64,000 nucleotides of DNA from Pyrinomonadaceae bacterium (GTDB lineage Bacteria > Acidobacteriota > Blastocatellia > Pyrinomonadales > Pyrinomonadaceae): NCBI GenBank assembly GCA_050747225.1, contig JBOGOP010000003.1:7893-71892 (forward strand), read 5' to 3'. The notes under the pieces were generated by a model, which made no database searches, had not been told where the DNA came from, and was given only the letters and a program-made list of their open reading frames with translations. Below, one piece after another: positions 49,959 to 60,535 of this stretch. Both the position numbers and the translations under genes were made by a program. Position 1 is the first letter of the stretch. Each line of letters begins with the position of its first letter.

Positions 49959-52532
49959 TCAGCGTCGGTTCACCGCGTTGGGTTTATTGGTAAGCAAAAC
50001 CTCGCGCCCGACCAAGTATAGCAAGAGCATAAGGATCAGGAATGGGATCATCGAAAGCATGTCGGCATTGCCGCCATGGAACAGCGGATTGTTTGCGGTA
50101 GCCCAATCCTCAACGCTCTTGTTGAAGGCTGCCAGGGCCGGACGGGGCACGCCTTGGAGAATGGCGATCACGATGGCGGCGAGCGCGCCCCCGGCAATAT
50201 ATCCGGAAGCCATCAGTACCCCGGGACTCTTATCAGTCTCGGCCACCAGTTCGTCTTCACTAAGTTTCTTGTCCTTCAACTTCTTGCGCAGGTAACGATC
50301 AACGCCCAAACGAATCATACCGCCGATGAAGATTGGGCTCGATGACGAAAGCGGCAGGTAAACGCCGACCGCGAATGCGAGCGAAGGAATTCCGGCCATC
50401 TCAAGCACGATGGCGATCATCACGCCCAACAGCACCAGTCCCCACGGCAGTTGCCGGTTGAGAATTCCTTTGATGATGTAAGACATCAGGGTGGCCTTGG
50501 GCGCGTCATATTTAGTGACCGCCGAACCATCGGGTCTCGTCTTGTGGATGCCGTTGATGCCCGGGTCGGACAGGTAAACCGCAGCGCCCTGATCGTTAAC
50601 CAGGTAGCGGCCAGCCGGACCACCCTCGGTGTCTGTCTTGTGCCAGGGCTTGTAGCTACCCGTATCTTTGTTGGCCTGCGGTCCCTTCAATTTCTCCGGA
50701 GCACCGGCTTGTGAAGGATCAACCCTGAGCGTTGCCGGAAAATTCTCTTCCATTTTGTAAGCAACTTTGCCGGAGGCATCTATCAAATACTCGCCGGGAT
50801 CGAGACCGGCAACTGCGCCGGCGCCGGCCTCATTCTTCAACACGCGATAGTCGCCCGCTGCCACCGGTTTGATCGAATCAGTGTAGGCCGGCAATGAAGC
50901 GGCCTTCGTCGAATCCAGCATCACGCTCTGCGTTGCAGGTTCAAAACTCACGCGCGGCACGTAAACCGTAGCCGAGTCGTTAAGCACGAGAAGAATCGGT
51001 CCAAGTATGAGTGCTGATGCAAACGCGCCTATCAGGATGGCAATCTGCTGATACTTCGGAGTCGATCCGACGAGGAACCCTGTCTTCAAATCCTGCGACG
51101 TGGTGCCACCGTTCGAAGAAGCGATACAAACGATGCCGCCAATCGAGAGCGCTGTGATGTAGTAACTCGGGCCAGTCCACTTCAACAGTAAGAAGATCAA
51201 ACAGGTGAGCAGCAGCGTTGCTACTGTCATGCCGGAAATAGGATTCGAGGATGAACCGATCTCGCCGGTCAGGCGCGATGAAACTGTGACAAACAGGAAA
51301 CCAAAAGCGATGATTAGAATTGCCCCCATGAACGCGACAAAAATATTTTGCTGTAATCCCAGTTGGGGAAACGCCATGATCATGCAAATCAGAGCAAGGA
51401 TGCCACCGATCACGAACTTCATCGAGAGATCCTGATCGGTTCGGGGCGCGTTAGCGGTTGCCGCTGGGCCACCTCGAAGATCAGCCAGTCCACCTTTTAA
51501 GCCGCTCCAAATTGTCGGCAGCGAGCGAAAGAGACTGATGATGCCGCCTGCAGCAACGGCGCCGGCACCGATATAAAGGATGTAAGCGCCGCGTATCTGC
51601 GACGGCCCCATCTCGCTGATAGGAACAGCACCGGGAGGCAGGATGGTTGTAGAACCTTCGCCGAAAAATTTGATCGCCGGGATCAATACCAGGTAAGCCA
51701 ACACACCGCCGGCACACATGATCGATGCGATGCGCGGGCCGATGATGTATCCCACCCCCAACAACGCCGGCGAGATTTCTGCCGAGATCGAACCCGCCTT
51801 AAAGGGAGCGCCAAAAACCTTCTCCGGCGTATCTTTCCAACCCTTCAGTCCTGTCATCAGCACTTGATAAAGAAAGCCAATACCCAGTCCGCCAAATATT
51901 GTTTTCGCTCCGGTTTGCGCGCCCTCGTCTGCAGCGCTCGCGTGTTGAGCTGAGCCCGCAGCGGCAGCCTTGCGCGATTCTTCGGAAGCTCCAGCCTTCA
52001 AGACTTCGGCGCAGGCTGTGCCTTCCGGATACTTCAAGTAGCCATGCTGCGCAACTATCAAAGCTCGCCGCAGGGGAATCATCATCAAAATGCCGAGCAG
52101 TCCCCCGAGCATTGCGACCAGCATCACTCGAGTAAACTCCAGGTCCATCCCCAGGATCATGATCGCCGGCATAGTTACACCGACGCCGAAAGCGATCGAT
52201 TCACCAGCAGAACCTGCCGTCTGCACAATGTTGTTTTCGAGGATGTTCGCATCGCGCAAACCAAACTTAGAAAACAACCGGAAAACTGTGATTGAAATAA
52301 CCGCGACCGGAATGGACGCACTGACAGTCAAACCAACTTTGAGAACGAGATAAAGCGACGATGCGCCAAAAACCATTCCGAGCAACGTGCCGATGATCAG
52401 TGGCAGTACGGTAAGTTCCGGCAGTCGCACCCCGGCAGGAATGTAAGGCTTGAACGTTGCCAGGTAAGGGTTGTCCGGTACAAAGCCGATTCTGTCCGGA
52501 TACTCGTTCGCAGGAATGCTTTCAGAAGACAT
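49959..52532 (-). CDS. OPT-family oligopeptide transporter
   Basis: 857 aa, polytopic, with OPT-type conserved segments and a large extracytoplasmic insertion. Confidence 0.85.
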   Translation of the reverse strand: MSSESIPANEYPDRIGFVPDNPYLATFKPYIPAGVRLPELTVLPLIIGTLLGMVFGASSLYLVLKVGLTVSASIPVAVISITVFRLFSKFGLRDANILENNIVQTAGSAGESIAFGVGVTMPAIMILGMDLEFTRVMLVAMLGGLLGILMMIPLRRALIVAQHGYLKYPEGTACAEVLKAGASEESRKAAAAGSAQHASAADEGAQTGAKTIFGGLGIGFLYQVLMTGLKGWKDTPEKVFGAPFKAGSISAEISPALLGVGYIIGPRIASIMCAGGVLAYLVLIPAIKFFGEGSTTILPPGAVPISEMGPSQIRGAYILYIGAGAVAAGGIISLFRSLPTIWSGLKGGLADLRGGPAATANAPRTDQDLSMKFVIGGILALICMIMAFPQLGLQQNIFVAFMGAILIIAFGFLFVTVSSRLTGEIGSSSNPISGMTVATLLLTCLIFLLLKWTGPSYYITALSIGGIVCIASSNGGTTSQDLKTGFLVGSTPKYQQIAILIGAFASALILGPILLVLNDSATVYVPRVSFEPATQSVMLDSTKAASLPAYTDSIKPVAAGDYRVLKNEAGAGAVAGLDPGEYLIDASGKVAYKMEENFPATLRVDPSQAGAPEKLKGPQANKDTGSYKPWHKTDTEGGPAGRYLVNDQGAAVYLSDPGINGIHKTRPDGSAVTKYDAPKATLMSYIIKGILNRQLPWGLVLLGVMIAIVLEMAGIPSLAFAVGVYLPLSSSSPIFIGGMIRLGVDRYLRKKLKDKKLSEDELVAETDKSPGVLMASGYIAGGALAAIVIAILQGVPRPALAAFNKSVEDWATANNPLFHGGNADMLSMIPFLILMLLLYLVGREVLLTNKPNAVNRR

Positions 52533-52776
52533 TCAGGTTTTCCTCCAACTAAGATGCTAATACGGGGAGTGCGCAGGGGTTAGTTCGCCGTTACTTTACA
52601 CGGGTGGCCCGCGCTTGGGCAAGCTGATTGCCGAACAAGGCCGGTCTCGTACACTTTGACCCACAACGAACAGCGCGAGTTGCCTAAGCTTGTCGCAACG
52701 GCCCGGTTTAGCTTCAACCAACCATGGTCTTTCGATTACACTCTTCGCGCTCAGAAAACCGTCGGCCAAAAGAACT

Positions 52777-55179
52777 ATGCACACACGTATACTTATCGGC
52801 TTCATTATTGTCGCGCTCACCCTGCCGCTGCTCTCCAGTTCGACGAACGCCCGCCTCAATGACATAACAAAAACGCTGGTATCGGTGCCAGCGCACATTC
52901 CGGCACCAGAAGATATTCTCGGCTTTGTTCCCGGCGACGATCGCAAACTCGCTAGTTGGGCGCAGGTACTCCACTATTTTGAGGAACTGGATAAGGCGAG
53001 TGACCGGGTGAAGTTTGAGACGCTGGGCAGCTCGACGATGGGTAAGCCTTTTGTGATGGCCACGATTAGCGCGCCGGAAAACCTCGCGCGGCTGGATGAA
53101 TACCAGAAGATTCAAGGGCTATTGGCCGATCCTCGCAAGCTCGGTGCTCAAGGCGTTCGTAACCGCAAGGCGGCGGAACTAGTCAAACGCGGAAAGACGA
53201 TTGTCCTAATCACGTGTGGAATACACTCGACCGAAGTGGGCTCGTATCTCTCGAGCATTCTGATCGCCCATCGCCTGGCTTCTTCAGATGCGCCGGAGAT
53301 TCAGAACATCCTGCGCAACACGATTATCCTGTTAGTGCCCTCGCTGAATCCCGATGGCGTCGACATCGTCAAAACCTGGTACGACAAAACGCTCGGCACA
53401 CCTTACGAAGGAACTGATCCGCCCGAGCTCTATCACAAGTACACAGGCCACGATAACAATCGCGACTGGTATGCGTTCACCCAGGTCGAGACGCAAATCA
53501 CCGTAGATAAGATTCACAACGTGTGGCATCCGCAGATTGTCCATGACATTCACCAGCAAGGTGAATTCGGTTCAAGGCTTTTCCTGCCGCCCTACATGCA
53601 GCCTGTCGAACCCAATGTGCCCAAGCAGATCGTTGCCGGCTACACCGAACTCGGAACCTACATGGCGCGCGAGATGCGCGCCGCTGGTTTCACCGGCATC
53701 ACAACGAATTCAACGTACGACGCCTGGTCACCCGCGCGCGCTTATTCGCACTATCACGGTGGCGTGCGAATTCTCTCCGAGACGGCCTCATGCAAGATCG
53801 CGACTCCGATCACTGTTAAGTTTGGTGAGTTGAAGAAGGACGAAGGCTACGATCCGAAAAAGGAATCCGCGACCTTCGGACCGCTTTGGCGTGGCGGCGA
53901 ATGGCATCTGCGCGATATTACAAACTACATGACGACTGCGGCCTTTCTCTTGTTGCGCCACGCTTCCGAGAATCGCAGTGAATGGTTGAGCAGGTTTTAC
54001 GAAATCGGGAAAGAAGCCGTGCGACCGCGTAAGCCAGGTGAACTTAATGCCTTCGTTATCCCACCCGAGGGAAATCAGTGGACGATCCTAAACATATTGC
54101 ACCAGGCAAGGGTTGAGACTGAAGAGGTCGCGCCATTTAGGCTTGATGGCGTCAACTACACCAACCGAACACAAGTTATTCGCATGACGCAACCATATGG
54201 TAGTTTCGCCAAGGCTCTCCTCGAGTCGCAACGATATCCGGATCTTCGGGACGCAGCTGGACACCCTGTCGAACCCTACGACGTCACCGCTCACACATTA
54301 CCGTTGCTCATGAACGCGCAAGCAGTTCCAACATTCAAGCCGTTAAAATATTCAAAAGCAAAGCCTGAACGAGACGATGGTGGGGGCTGTGCGGTTGCCT
54401 CACCACGACGAGTCGCGGCATACAAGTCTTATGTGCCATCGACCGACGAAGGTTGGACAAGATGGGTTTTTGAACACCAGGGTGTCTTTGGAATCAATGG
54501 TCAGGTATGCTCGCCCCATTTAGCGTCGTTAGAAAACAAGTTTCTGCAGGATAACTTAGTTAGCGCTCTCGATGTCATCATCCTTCCGGATCAGTCTTCG
54601 GAAACAATTCTGAACGGCCACAAAGCCGGCACGATGCCGCCGGAATATACGGGCGGCCTGGGACAGGACGGCGTGAAGGCGTTGCGTGAATTTGTCGAGG
54701 GGGGTGGCACGCTGGTTTGTTTAAATCGCGCATCCAGCTTTGCGATCGAGCAATTCAAACTTCCGGTGCGCGATGTCGTTGGCGGTTTATCGGAAAAAGA
54801 ATTCTTTGTGCCCGGATCGATTCTGCGCATCGAGCTGGATACCAGTAATCCGATTGCTCGAGGAATGCCGAAGGAATCGATTGCCTGGGTTGAGGCCTCG
54901 CCTGTGTTTGAACTTGTCAGAACCGGGAGTAGTAGCGAGGGAGTGGATCCGCCAAATGTACGCGTCATTGCGCGCTACCCGGCCGACAAGAATCCGCTGT
55001 TGTCCGGCTGGCTGCTGGGCGAAAATCGAATTAGAGGCAAGGCCGCGCTGGTTGAAGTCACGATGGGCAAGGGCCGCATTATCCTTTTCGGCTTTCGGCC
55101 GCAATACCGTGGCCAGTCGCTGGCGACTTATCCGCTGTTTTTCAATGCGATCTTGAGCGGCCGCCCTAAGGACCGGTGA
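52777..55179 (+). CDS. Secreted M14-family metallocarboxypeptidase with C-terminal extension
   Basis: ORF trimmed to the ATG at 52777, which gives a signal peptide. Motifs CGIHSTEVG (HxxE zinc motif), LNPDG and GHDNNRDW. Confidence 0.8.
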   Translation: MHTRILIGFIIVALTLPLLSSSTNARLNDITKTLVSVPAHIPAPEDILGFVPGDDRKLASWAQVLHYFEELDKASDRVKFETLGSSTMGKPFVMATISAPENLARLDEYQKIQGLLADPRKLGAQGVRNRKAAELVKRGKTIVLITCGIHSTEVGSYLSSILIAHRLASSDAPEIQNILRNTIILLVPSLNPDGVDIVKTWYDKTLGTPYEGTDPPELYHKYTGHDNNRDWYAFTQVETQITVDKIHNVWHPQIVHDIHQQGEFGSRLFLPPYMQPVEPNVPKQIVAGYTELGTYMAREMRAAGFTGITTNSTYDAWSPARAYSHYHGGVRILSETASCKIATPITVKFGELKKDEGYDPKKESATFGPLWRGGEWHLRDITNYMTTAAFLLLRHASENRSEWLSRFYEIGKEAVRPRKPGELNAFVIPPEGNQWTILNILHQARVETEEVAPFRLDGVNYTNRTQVIRMTQPYGSFAKALLESQRYPDLRDAAGHPVEPYDVTAHTLPLLMNAQAVPTFKPLKYSKAKPERDDGGGCAVASPRRVAAYKSYVPSTDEGWTRWVFEHQGVFGINGQVCSPHLASLENKFLQDNLVSALDVIILPDQSSETILNGHKAGTMPPEYTGGLGQDGVKALREFVEGGGTLVCLNRASSFAIEQFKLPVRDVVGGLSEKEFFVPGSILRIELDTSNPIARGMPKESIAWVEASPVFELVRTGSSSEGVDPPNVRVIARYPADKNPLLSGWLLGENRIRGKAALVEVTMGKGRIILFGFRPQYRGQSLATYPLFFNAILSGRPKDR

Positions 55180-55391
55180 CTAAGAAGTATTCAACCAGCC
55201 TGCGATAGCGGGCGGCAGCTGAAGCGCAGCGGAACCCTGGGTAATGGACGCCATAAGATCGCAGCCCTGAAGCGGGCGACAGAGTGTCGTGCACCACTTT
55301 CTGCCGCCCGCTCCGCAGGCTGCTTGAATGGTTTTGGCGCAAAAGCCTGTGTTGAACGTAAAATCTAATGTCACCACGGCGCATTCGGATT

Positions 55392-55422
55392 CTTGAACCT
55401 TCCTCGTCTCCTTAGCGTATAA
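55392..55422 (+). promoter_or_regulatory. Weak candidate promoter
   Basis: TTGAAC, a long 19-nt spacer, then TATAAT (55417-55422). It lies upstream of the 55476 gene. Confidence 0.3.
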
Positions 55423-55475
55423 TGCATTACACGGCGCACGGAGAAGATTTGGCAGTAACCGCCGCCGAGGCCTGA

Positions 55476-56162
55476 ATGGTCGCACTTCTTTTCACCGCAA
55501 TATTCATCATCGGACTCCTTGCTATTCCCCTTTTGTTTTGGGCAGTGCGCTCGAAAGGCTCGGGGGAGGCTTTTTTGCCTCCGCCGGAAAGGCCACGTGG
55601 CCTCTTTACCGAAAAGGAAGGTTTCGAGTCTGCGGTGTTGCCGCCGGCCGACCCCGACAAGCTTGAGAATGATCTCAAGTTGTTGAGCGAACGGGCCAGA
55701 GCGGGCGACAAGAGTGCGCTGGCTGAAGCCCAGGCGCTTGGCGATCGAAAGTTCTACGACGAAGTGTTGGACCAACTGACAGCCAACGCTGATGGCGGTC
55801 CGACCCTTCTGGCGCTGGCGTCTTATGTCACGCGAAACGAATTGCCTGTCAACCGCACGCTTGCGGAGGCGCTTATCAGTTCCTGGAAGGGCTCGCCCGA
55901 CCGCAGTTCTACTGCAACTACGCTGCACCTGACTGCCCTGGCGGACGATGCCGATTTATACCAACGTACAGTTGAGACTGCGTTAGAGCTCTGGCGCCAG
56001 GGGTTGATCGCGAATGTTTCAGCGGCGGAGCTGAGAGCTCTATTTGACGGGGAGTTCTGGGTGCTGTCTGCACGCACCAGAGGCTCCGGTGCCGGCTTCA
56101 TTTTGAAACGCAAACTTGCAAGCGCTCGTCGCGAATTGGAAACCGCGATGCGCGTCAACTGA
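55476..56162 (+). CDS. Membrane-anchored hypothetical protein
   Basis: N-terminal TM helix and an alpha-helical Ala/Leu-rich body. It sits immediately upstream of the SPFH gene. Confidence 0.55.
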   Translation: MVALLFTAIFIIGLLAIPLLFWAVRSKGSGEAFLPPPERPRGLFTEKEGFESAVLPPADPDKLENDLKLLSERARAGDKSALAEAQALGDRKFYDEVLDQLTANADGGPTLLALASYVTRNELPVNRTLAEALISSWKGSPDRSSTATTLHLTALADDADLYQRTVETALELWRQGLIANVSAAELRALFDGEFWVLSARTRGSGAGFILKRKLASARRELETAMRVN

Positions 56163-56203
56163 AACTCAGTTTCCGCACGTTCGGAAAGGTAGATCGACAA
56201 AAC

Positions 56204-58405
56204 ATGGAAAACTTAGACATCGTTTCCCTCCTGCCAGTCTTACTGATCGGCTTTGTAATCTTGATTGTGTTGCTCATCATCGTAAGGCGCATTTTCGTCA
56301 ACGTTGGCGCCCGTGAAATCGCGATCAAAGAGAGGCGTTACTTCGGCGCAAAAATGCCGCCGGGAAGAGTAGTCGCGACTGAAGGCGAGGTTGGCATCCA
56401 GGCAGACGTGCTTAAGCCCGGCTTGCACTTAATTAAGTGGCCCTTTGAGAAAGTCGTGCACAAGGTGCCATTAATTGAAATTGCCGCCGACGAACTGGGC
56501 GTGGTCGAAGCGATCGACGGCGAGCCTATGCCGCCGGGAAGAATCTTTGCCCTCGACCGTGCTCAGAATGCTCACAATAACTTTCAGGATCCGATTGCCT
56601 TCATCAAACAAGGCGGCGTGAAGGGCATTCAATTACGGACCTTACCGCCCGGCCTGTGGCCGATTCACCCTTACCTGTTTCGCATGTCGGTTGCTAAGAC
56701 GACCGTAATCCCACAGGGCAAGGTTGGCGTGATCGTTGCGGCCGACGGCGCTGCGCTTGATCCGGGTCGATTGTTGGCGCGGGCCGTTGAGGGGCACATC
56801 AGTTTTCAAAACGCCGAGCTGTTTGTTTCAACAGGAGGGCAGCGAGGTCCGCAGGTGGACATTCTTACGCCCGGCACCTATCGCATCCTGACGCAGTCTG
56901 GCCCACTCGAAGGCGGCGGCGAAGCCAAGCCAGGCCTGTTCTCGATTAGGGTGTTTGACGCCACCGTGATCAATGAAAACCAGATTGGTTTAGTGGAGGC
57001 CCTGGATGGCGCGGCGCTGAGCCCTGGTGACTACGTCGCCGAGTCGGTTGCCGGTCACGATAATTTCCAGGACGGACACGAGTTCATCGACGGTAAAGGA
57101 CAGCGCGGTCCGCAGAAGGACATCCTGTTGCCCGGTACTTACTACATCAACCCGCTGCTTTTCAAAGTAATTCCGGAATCCGCTAAGGAGATCAAGCCGG
57201 GTGAGGTGGCAGTCATCGTTTCCAACACCGGCAAAGACCCTTCAGACGATATTCGCCGCCAAATGGCTGCGAAAGTGCGCGAGCGAATGGAGCGAGAGGA
57301 GAAAGAGCAAGCTGAACAATCAGCGGCGATACTCGACAAGATTGACGACGGTCGTACAGCTGCAGAGATCAAAGTGGAATTGATGACCGGCGATCCGGCT
57401 GACCGCCGATTGGATGAAGGCGCACACGAAGCTTACGTTGTGCCCGAAGGCTATCGCGGTATTCAGGAAAGTGTGGTCGGCCCAGGCCGCTACTACGTCA
57501 ACACCCTGGCCATCACTCCAATCATAATTCCAACGACCAACCAAACTGTGGAATGGACTGCCGGCGAAGTCGTCAACACCTTCAACCCATTTGAAGTGAT
57601 TTCGAAAGACGGCTTCACGATGCAGTTGGAAGTGCGCGTTGTTTTCCGCGTCAAACCGGAAGATGCACCTTTCATGGTCGCGAAGATTGGCGGCATCGAA
57701 CGTTTGATCCAAAACGTGATGCACCCGCTGATCGACTCGATCTTTCGTAACCAGGCTTCCGAATCTTCGGCGATGGCCTACTTGCAGAACCGCCACGAAG
57801 AACAGGAACGCGCCGAAGCTCGTGTACGCGCGCATTTGCTGAAGTATCACGTGGATGTAGTCAACGTGCTCATTTGCCACATTCATCTGCCAGAAGACCT
57901 GATGATTACGCAGACCGAAAAAATTCTCGCCGAGCAGCGCCAGAACATGTACAACGCGCAGCGCGAGGCCGAGGAGAAACGTATTCAACTGGAGCGGACC
58001 AAGTCGCAGGCCGATAACCAGAAGGACTTGATGGGCGCCACCGTGGGCGTTGAGATTGCCGGCAAACGCGCCGAGCAACGCAAGGCCGAAGGTGAAGGCG
58101 AAGCCCACTACATTCAGCAAACCGGCCGCGCCGAGGCTGAGAAGGTTCGTTTGATGGGTGAAGCCCAGGGCGTTGCCTATCGTGAACAAGTCAACGCGCT
58201 CGGGGCTCAGGGAGTCGCGTTGGTGGAAGTGCTGAAAGTGATTGGCGAGAAAGGCGTACGCATCACACCGGACATCATGGCGTCGGGCGGTGGCGCAGCC
58301 GGCGGCGACGGCGGCGGCGGCATCGGTACGCTACTCCTGCTAAATCTCTTCCGCAACCAGATGAACCTGCCGGCTGCGAATGGCGAGAAGGCACCCGGGA
58401 AGTAG
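56204..58405 (+). CDS. SPFH/band-7 (flotillin-like) membrane-scaffold protein
   Basis: N-terminal TM helix, an SPFH-like region, and a long Glu/Ala/Arg/Gln-rich coiled-coil (AEQRQNMYNAQREAEEKRIQLE...). Confidence 0.75.
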   Translation: MENLDIVSLLPVLLIGFVILIVLLIIVRRIFVNVGAREIAIKERRYFGAKMPPGRVVATEGEVGIQADVLKPGLHLIKWPFEKVVHKVPLIEIAADELGVVEAIDGEPMPPGRIFALDRAQNAHNNFQDPIAFIKQGGVKGIQLRTLPPGLWPIHPYLFRMSVAKTTVIPQGKVGVIVAADGAALDPGRLLARAVEGHISFQNAELFVSTGGQRGPQVDILTPGTYRILTQSGPLEGGGEAKPGLFSIRVFDATVINENQIGLVEALDGAALSPGDYVAESVAGHDNFQDGHEFIDGKGQRGPQKDILLPGTYYINPLLFKVIPESAKEIKPGEVAVIVSNTGKDPSDDIRRQMAAKVRERMEREEKEQAEQSAAILDKIDDGRTAAEIKVELMTGDPADRRLDEGAHEAYVVPEGYRGIQESVVGPGRYYVNTLAITPIIIPTTNQTVEWTAGEVVNTFNPFEVISKDGFTMQLEVRVVFRVKPEDAPFMVAKIGGIERLIQNVMHPLIDSIFRNQASESSAMAYLQNRHEEQERAEARVRAHLLKYHVDVVNVLICHIHLPEDLMITQTEKILAEQRQNMYNAQREAEEKRIQLERTKSQADNQKDLMGATVGVEIAGKRAEQRKAEGEGEAHYIQQTGRAEAEKVRLMGEAQGVAYREQVNALGAQGVALVEVLKVIGEKGVRITPDIMASGGGAAGGDGGGGIGTLLLLNLFRNQMNLPAANGEKAPGK

Positions 58406-58615
58406 TCAAGCGAACTGCTGGGAGCGCGGGCGTCTCGCCCGCAACGAGCGCGAAGCGCGATGAAGGCGCTTGAAAACCACTCAGCACTTAATACAAACGG
58501 CTGTTGCTCCGAAAGCAACAGCCGTTTTCCTGTGAATCTCTGAAGAGCAAAGATCTTCTTCGCGCTCCGCGCTCATTTGCAGGCGAGACGCCTGCGCTCC
58601 CAGCAGTTCGCTTGA
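58406..58615. repeat. MITE-like palindromic element enclosing a terminator
   Basis: About 55-bp imperfect terminal inverted repeats. 58406-58460 carries TCAAGCGAACTGCTGGGAGCGCGGGCGTCTCGCC.., matched by 58560-58615 carrying ..GGCGAGACGCCTGCGCTCCCAGCAGTTCGCTTGA. Confidence 0.85.
58495..58528. terminator. Bidirectional rho-independent terminator between convergent genes
   Basis: Stem AAACGGCTGTTGC, loop TCCGAAA, stem GCAACAGCCGTTT, with T/A runs on both sides. Confidence 0.75.
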
Positions 58616-58636
58616 ACTGAAGTCAAGAGGATTGTT

Positions 58637-60352
58637 CTACTGAAGATACATCTGCGCGGCCATCTTTGTCAGTTTCCAGACGCGCGACCATTCAATACCG
58701 CGGCCGCCATTTTCACGTCCACTCAGCTTGTCGAGGATGAGCTTGCCAAACTTTCGTCCCTCGCGTCGCAGCATGAACTCTTTCGCGTAAGGCTTAGCAG
58801 TTTCGAAGAAGCTGAATTCCGGATCGGTGACGATGCCGATGCCTTCGAGCGTCATCAGCGCCCGCATAATGTAGGTGAAGTTTGCCGGCAGCCGGAACGG
58901 GTATTCATAGATCACTTCCGCAAGATCGTAAGTCAACTCTTTAAACTTGACCTCACCGAGTTTGAGGTTCAAATAGACTTCGAATAGTTTTTCGACGACG
59001 GGCCGGACAGTCTCGGGATCGACGCCGGGCTTCAGGAAGTTGAGATTGATAATGTCCTGTCCCAGGCCATGCACGTCGCGGCCGACTACGTGAAAGAAGG
59101 CGTCAATCATTTGCGCCTGCAGTTTGGGAGTGATGCGACCGACCATCCCAAAGTCGAAGAACGCAAGATGTCCGGAGTCCAGCACCAGCAAGTTTCCCGG
59201 ATGCGGATCGGCATGGAAGAACCCATCCTCCAATAACTGCTTGAGATAACTGCGAACCAGCAAACGGTTCACTTTAACAGCAGAAATGCGACGCGCCCGC
59301 AGCTGCTCAACGTCGGTCACCTTCGTGCCGCGAATGAACTCAAGCGTCAAAACGCGCCGGCTCGTGTGTGACCAGTAAATTTTGGGAACGAGGATTACCT
59401 GCCAGGTGCGGAAGTTGTAACGGAACCGATCCGCATTTCGCCCTTCCTTCACGTAATCCATCTCTTCAAAAATCGTAGAGTGGAATTCGCGGAGCATGCC
59501 TTCCCAATCCGCATTCTCGTTAGCGCGCGGAAAGAAGCGGTTGGTGAGTTTTACAATCTTGTAAAGAATTGCCACGTCGAAAGAAATGATTCGCTCAAGA
59601 TCCGGGCGCTGAACCTTAACCGCCACTTCTTGTCCGGTCGAGAGACGTGCCCGGTACACCTGACCCAGTGATGCCGAGGCAACCGGCTCGCTATCAATCT
59701 CCGCATAGCACTCCTGCAGACTGCGTCCCAATTCCAGTTCGATGCGTGCGAAAGCTTCTGCGGTTGAGAACGCGGGCACCTGATCCTGCAGGGTCGCCAA
59801 CTCTTTCACATACGCCAGCGGCAGGAGATCCGCCCTCGTCCCGAGCGCTTGCCCGATCTTGATGAAGGTCGGTCCCAGGTTAATTAGACTTTGACTTAAC
59901 CACACTGCCTGCTTTTCGAGACGGGCCTCCTTGTTGTCTGAACCATCATGACCGCGAAAGACGATCAAACGCAGCAGCCGGATGAAGCGGTCGGAGGAGA
60001 GGTGAACGAGGTAACGGGAGCGGGACTTCACTCGCGCGGTTAGGCTCCCAGGAGTTGTGTCCTCATGAAGTCGCTTGACCATGCGGCGGTTGAAGTCTGC
60101 GCGGATGTCGTAGGTATCGAGGAACAGGTAAAGAGTAAACAATCCGAGCACGCGAGCTACACGCGCAAGTCGCCACCAACCGCGCAGGCCGCGTCCTTTG
60201 AGAATTTCGGCTACCAGTTCGTCAGTTAGCGGCGCGGCGGCAGCGCCGCTTTTCACGGACGACGACGGATCCCTGGCATTGATGCTACTAATCGCGCCGC
60301 CATTTTTCCGCGGCGACGCTGATGCTGGAACTAATGCTTGCGTGGTACTCAT
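58637..60352 (-). CDS. ABC1/UbiB-family atypical kinase
   Basis: Motifs PVASASLGQVYRA, VAVKVQRP and HADPHPGNLLV. Confidence 0.88.
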   Translation of the reverse strand: MSTTQALVPASASPRKNGGAISSINARDPSSSVKSGAAAAPLTDELVAEILKGRGLRGWWRLARVARVLGLFTLYLFLDTYDIRADFNRRMVKRLHEDTTPGSLTARVKSRSRYLVHLSSDRFIRLLRLIVFRGHDGSDNKEARLEKQAVWLSQSLINLGPTFIKIGQALGTRADLLPLAYVKELATLQDQVPAFSTAEAFARIELELGRSLQECYAEIDSEPVASASLGQVYRARLSTGQEVAVKVQRPDLERIISFDVAILYKIVKLTNRFFPRANENADWEGMLREFHSTIFEEMDYVKEGRNADRFRYNFRTWQVILVPKIYWSHTSRRVLTLEFIRGTKVTDVEQLRARRISAVKVNRLLVRSYLKQLLEDGFFHADPHPGNLLVLDSGHLAFFDFGMVGRITPKLQAQMIDAFFHVVGRDVHGLGQDIINLNFLKPGVDPETVRPVVEKLFEVYLNLKLGEVKFKELTYDLAEVIYEYPFRLPANFTYIMRALMTLEGIGIVTDPEFSFFETAKPYAKEFMLRREGRKFGKLILDKLSGRENGGRGIEWSRVWKLTKMAAQMYLQ

Positions 60353-60391
60353 GAATCAAGAATTCAAACTTACAACCACAAAGTCAGAACG

Positions 60392-60467
60392 GGGAGCGGT
60401 AGCGACCTGGTCCGCTTTGGCCGGGATGGCTTTTCCCCCACCCTTGGACCCGGTCGCTACTGCTCCC
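60392..60467. repeat. Inverted repeat related to the 31434-31513 palindrome
   Basis: GGGAGCGGTAGCGACCTGGTCC (60392-60413) pairs with GGACCCGGTCGCTACTGCTCCC (60446-60467) with 2 mismatches over 22 bp. Confidence 0.8.
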
Positions 60468-60535
60468 GGTTCCGTATTAGCCGACCCACTATGCAAAACC
60501 TCGCCAGCCACCGCTTTGTAATCGTTCTCTACTAT

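Noticed and set aside
55180-55485. A Cys-rich minus-strand ORF (possible 65-aa core VVTLDFTFNTGFCAKTIQAACGAGGRKWCTTLCRPLQGC...) convergent with the M14 gene.
   Set aside because: There is no clear start codon with an RBS and no motif I can name. It could be real, but the sequence alone does not support a call.
18106-58189. Long antisense or alternative-frame ORFs inside well-supported genes (for example 18106..18612, 30613..31239, 33676..34185, 40111..40635, 57320..58189).
   Set aside because: These are shadow ORFs typical of GC-rich coding regions. Each is fully contained in a gene with strong family motifs on the other strand or frame.
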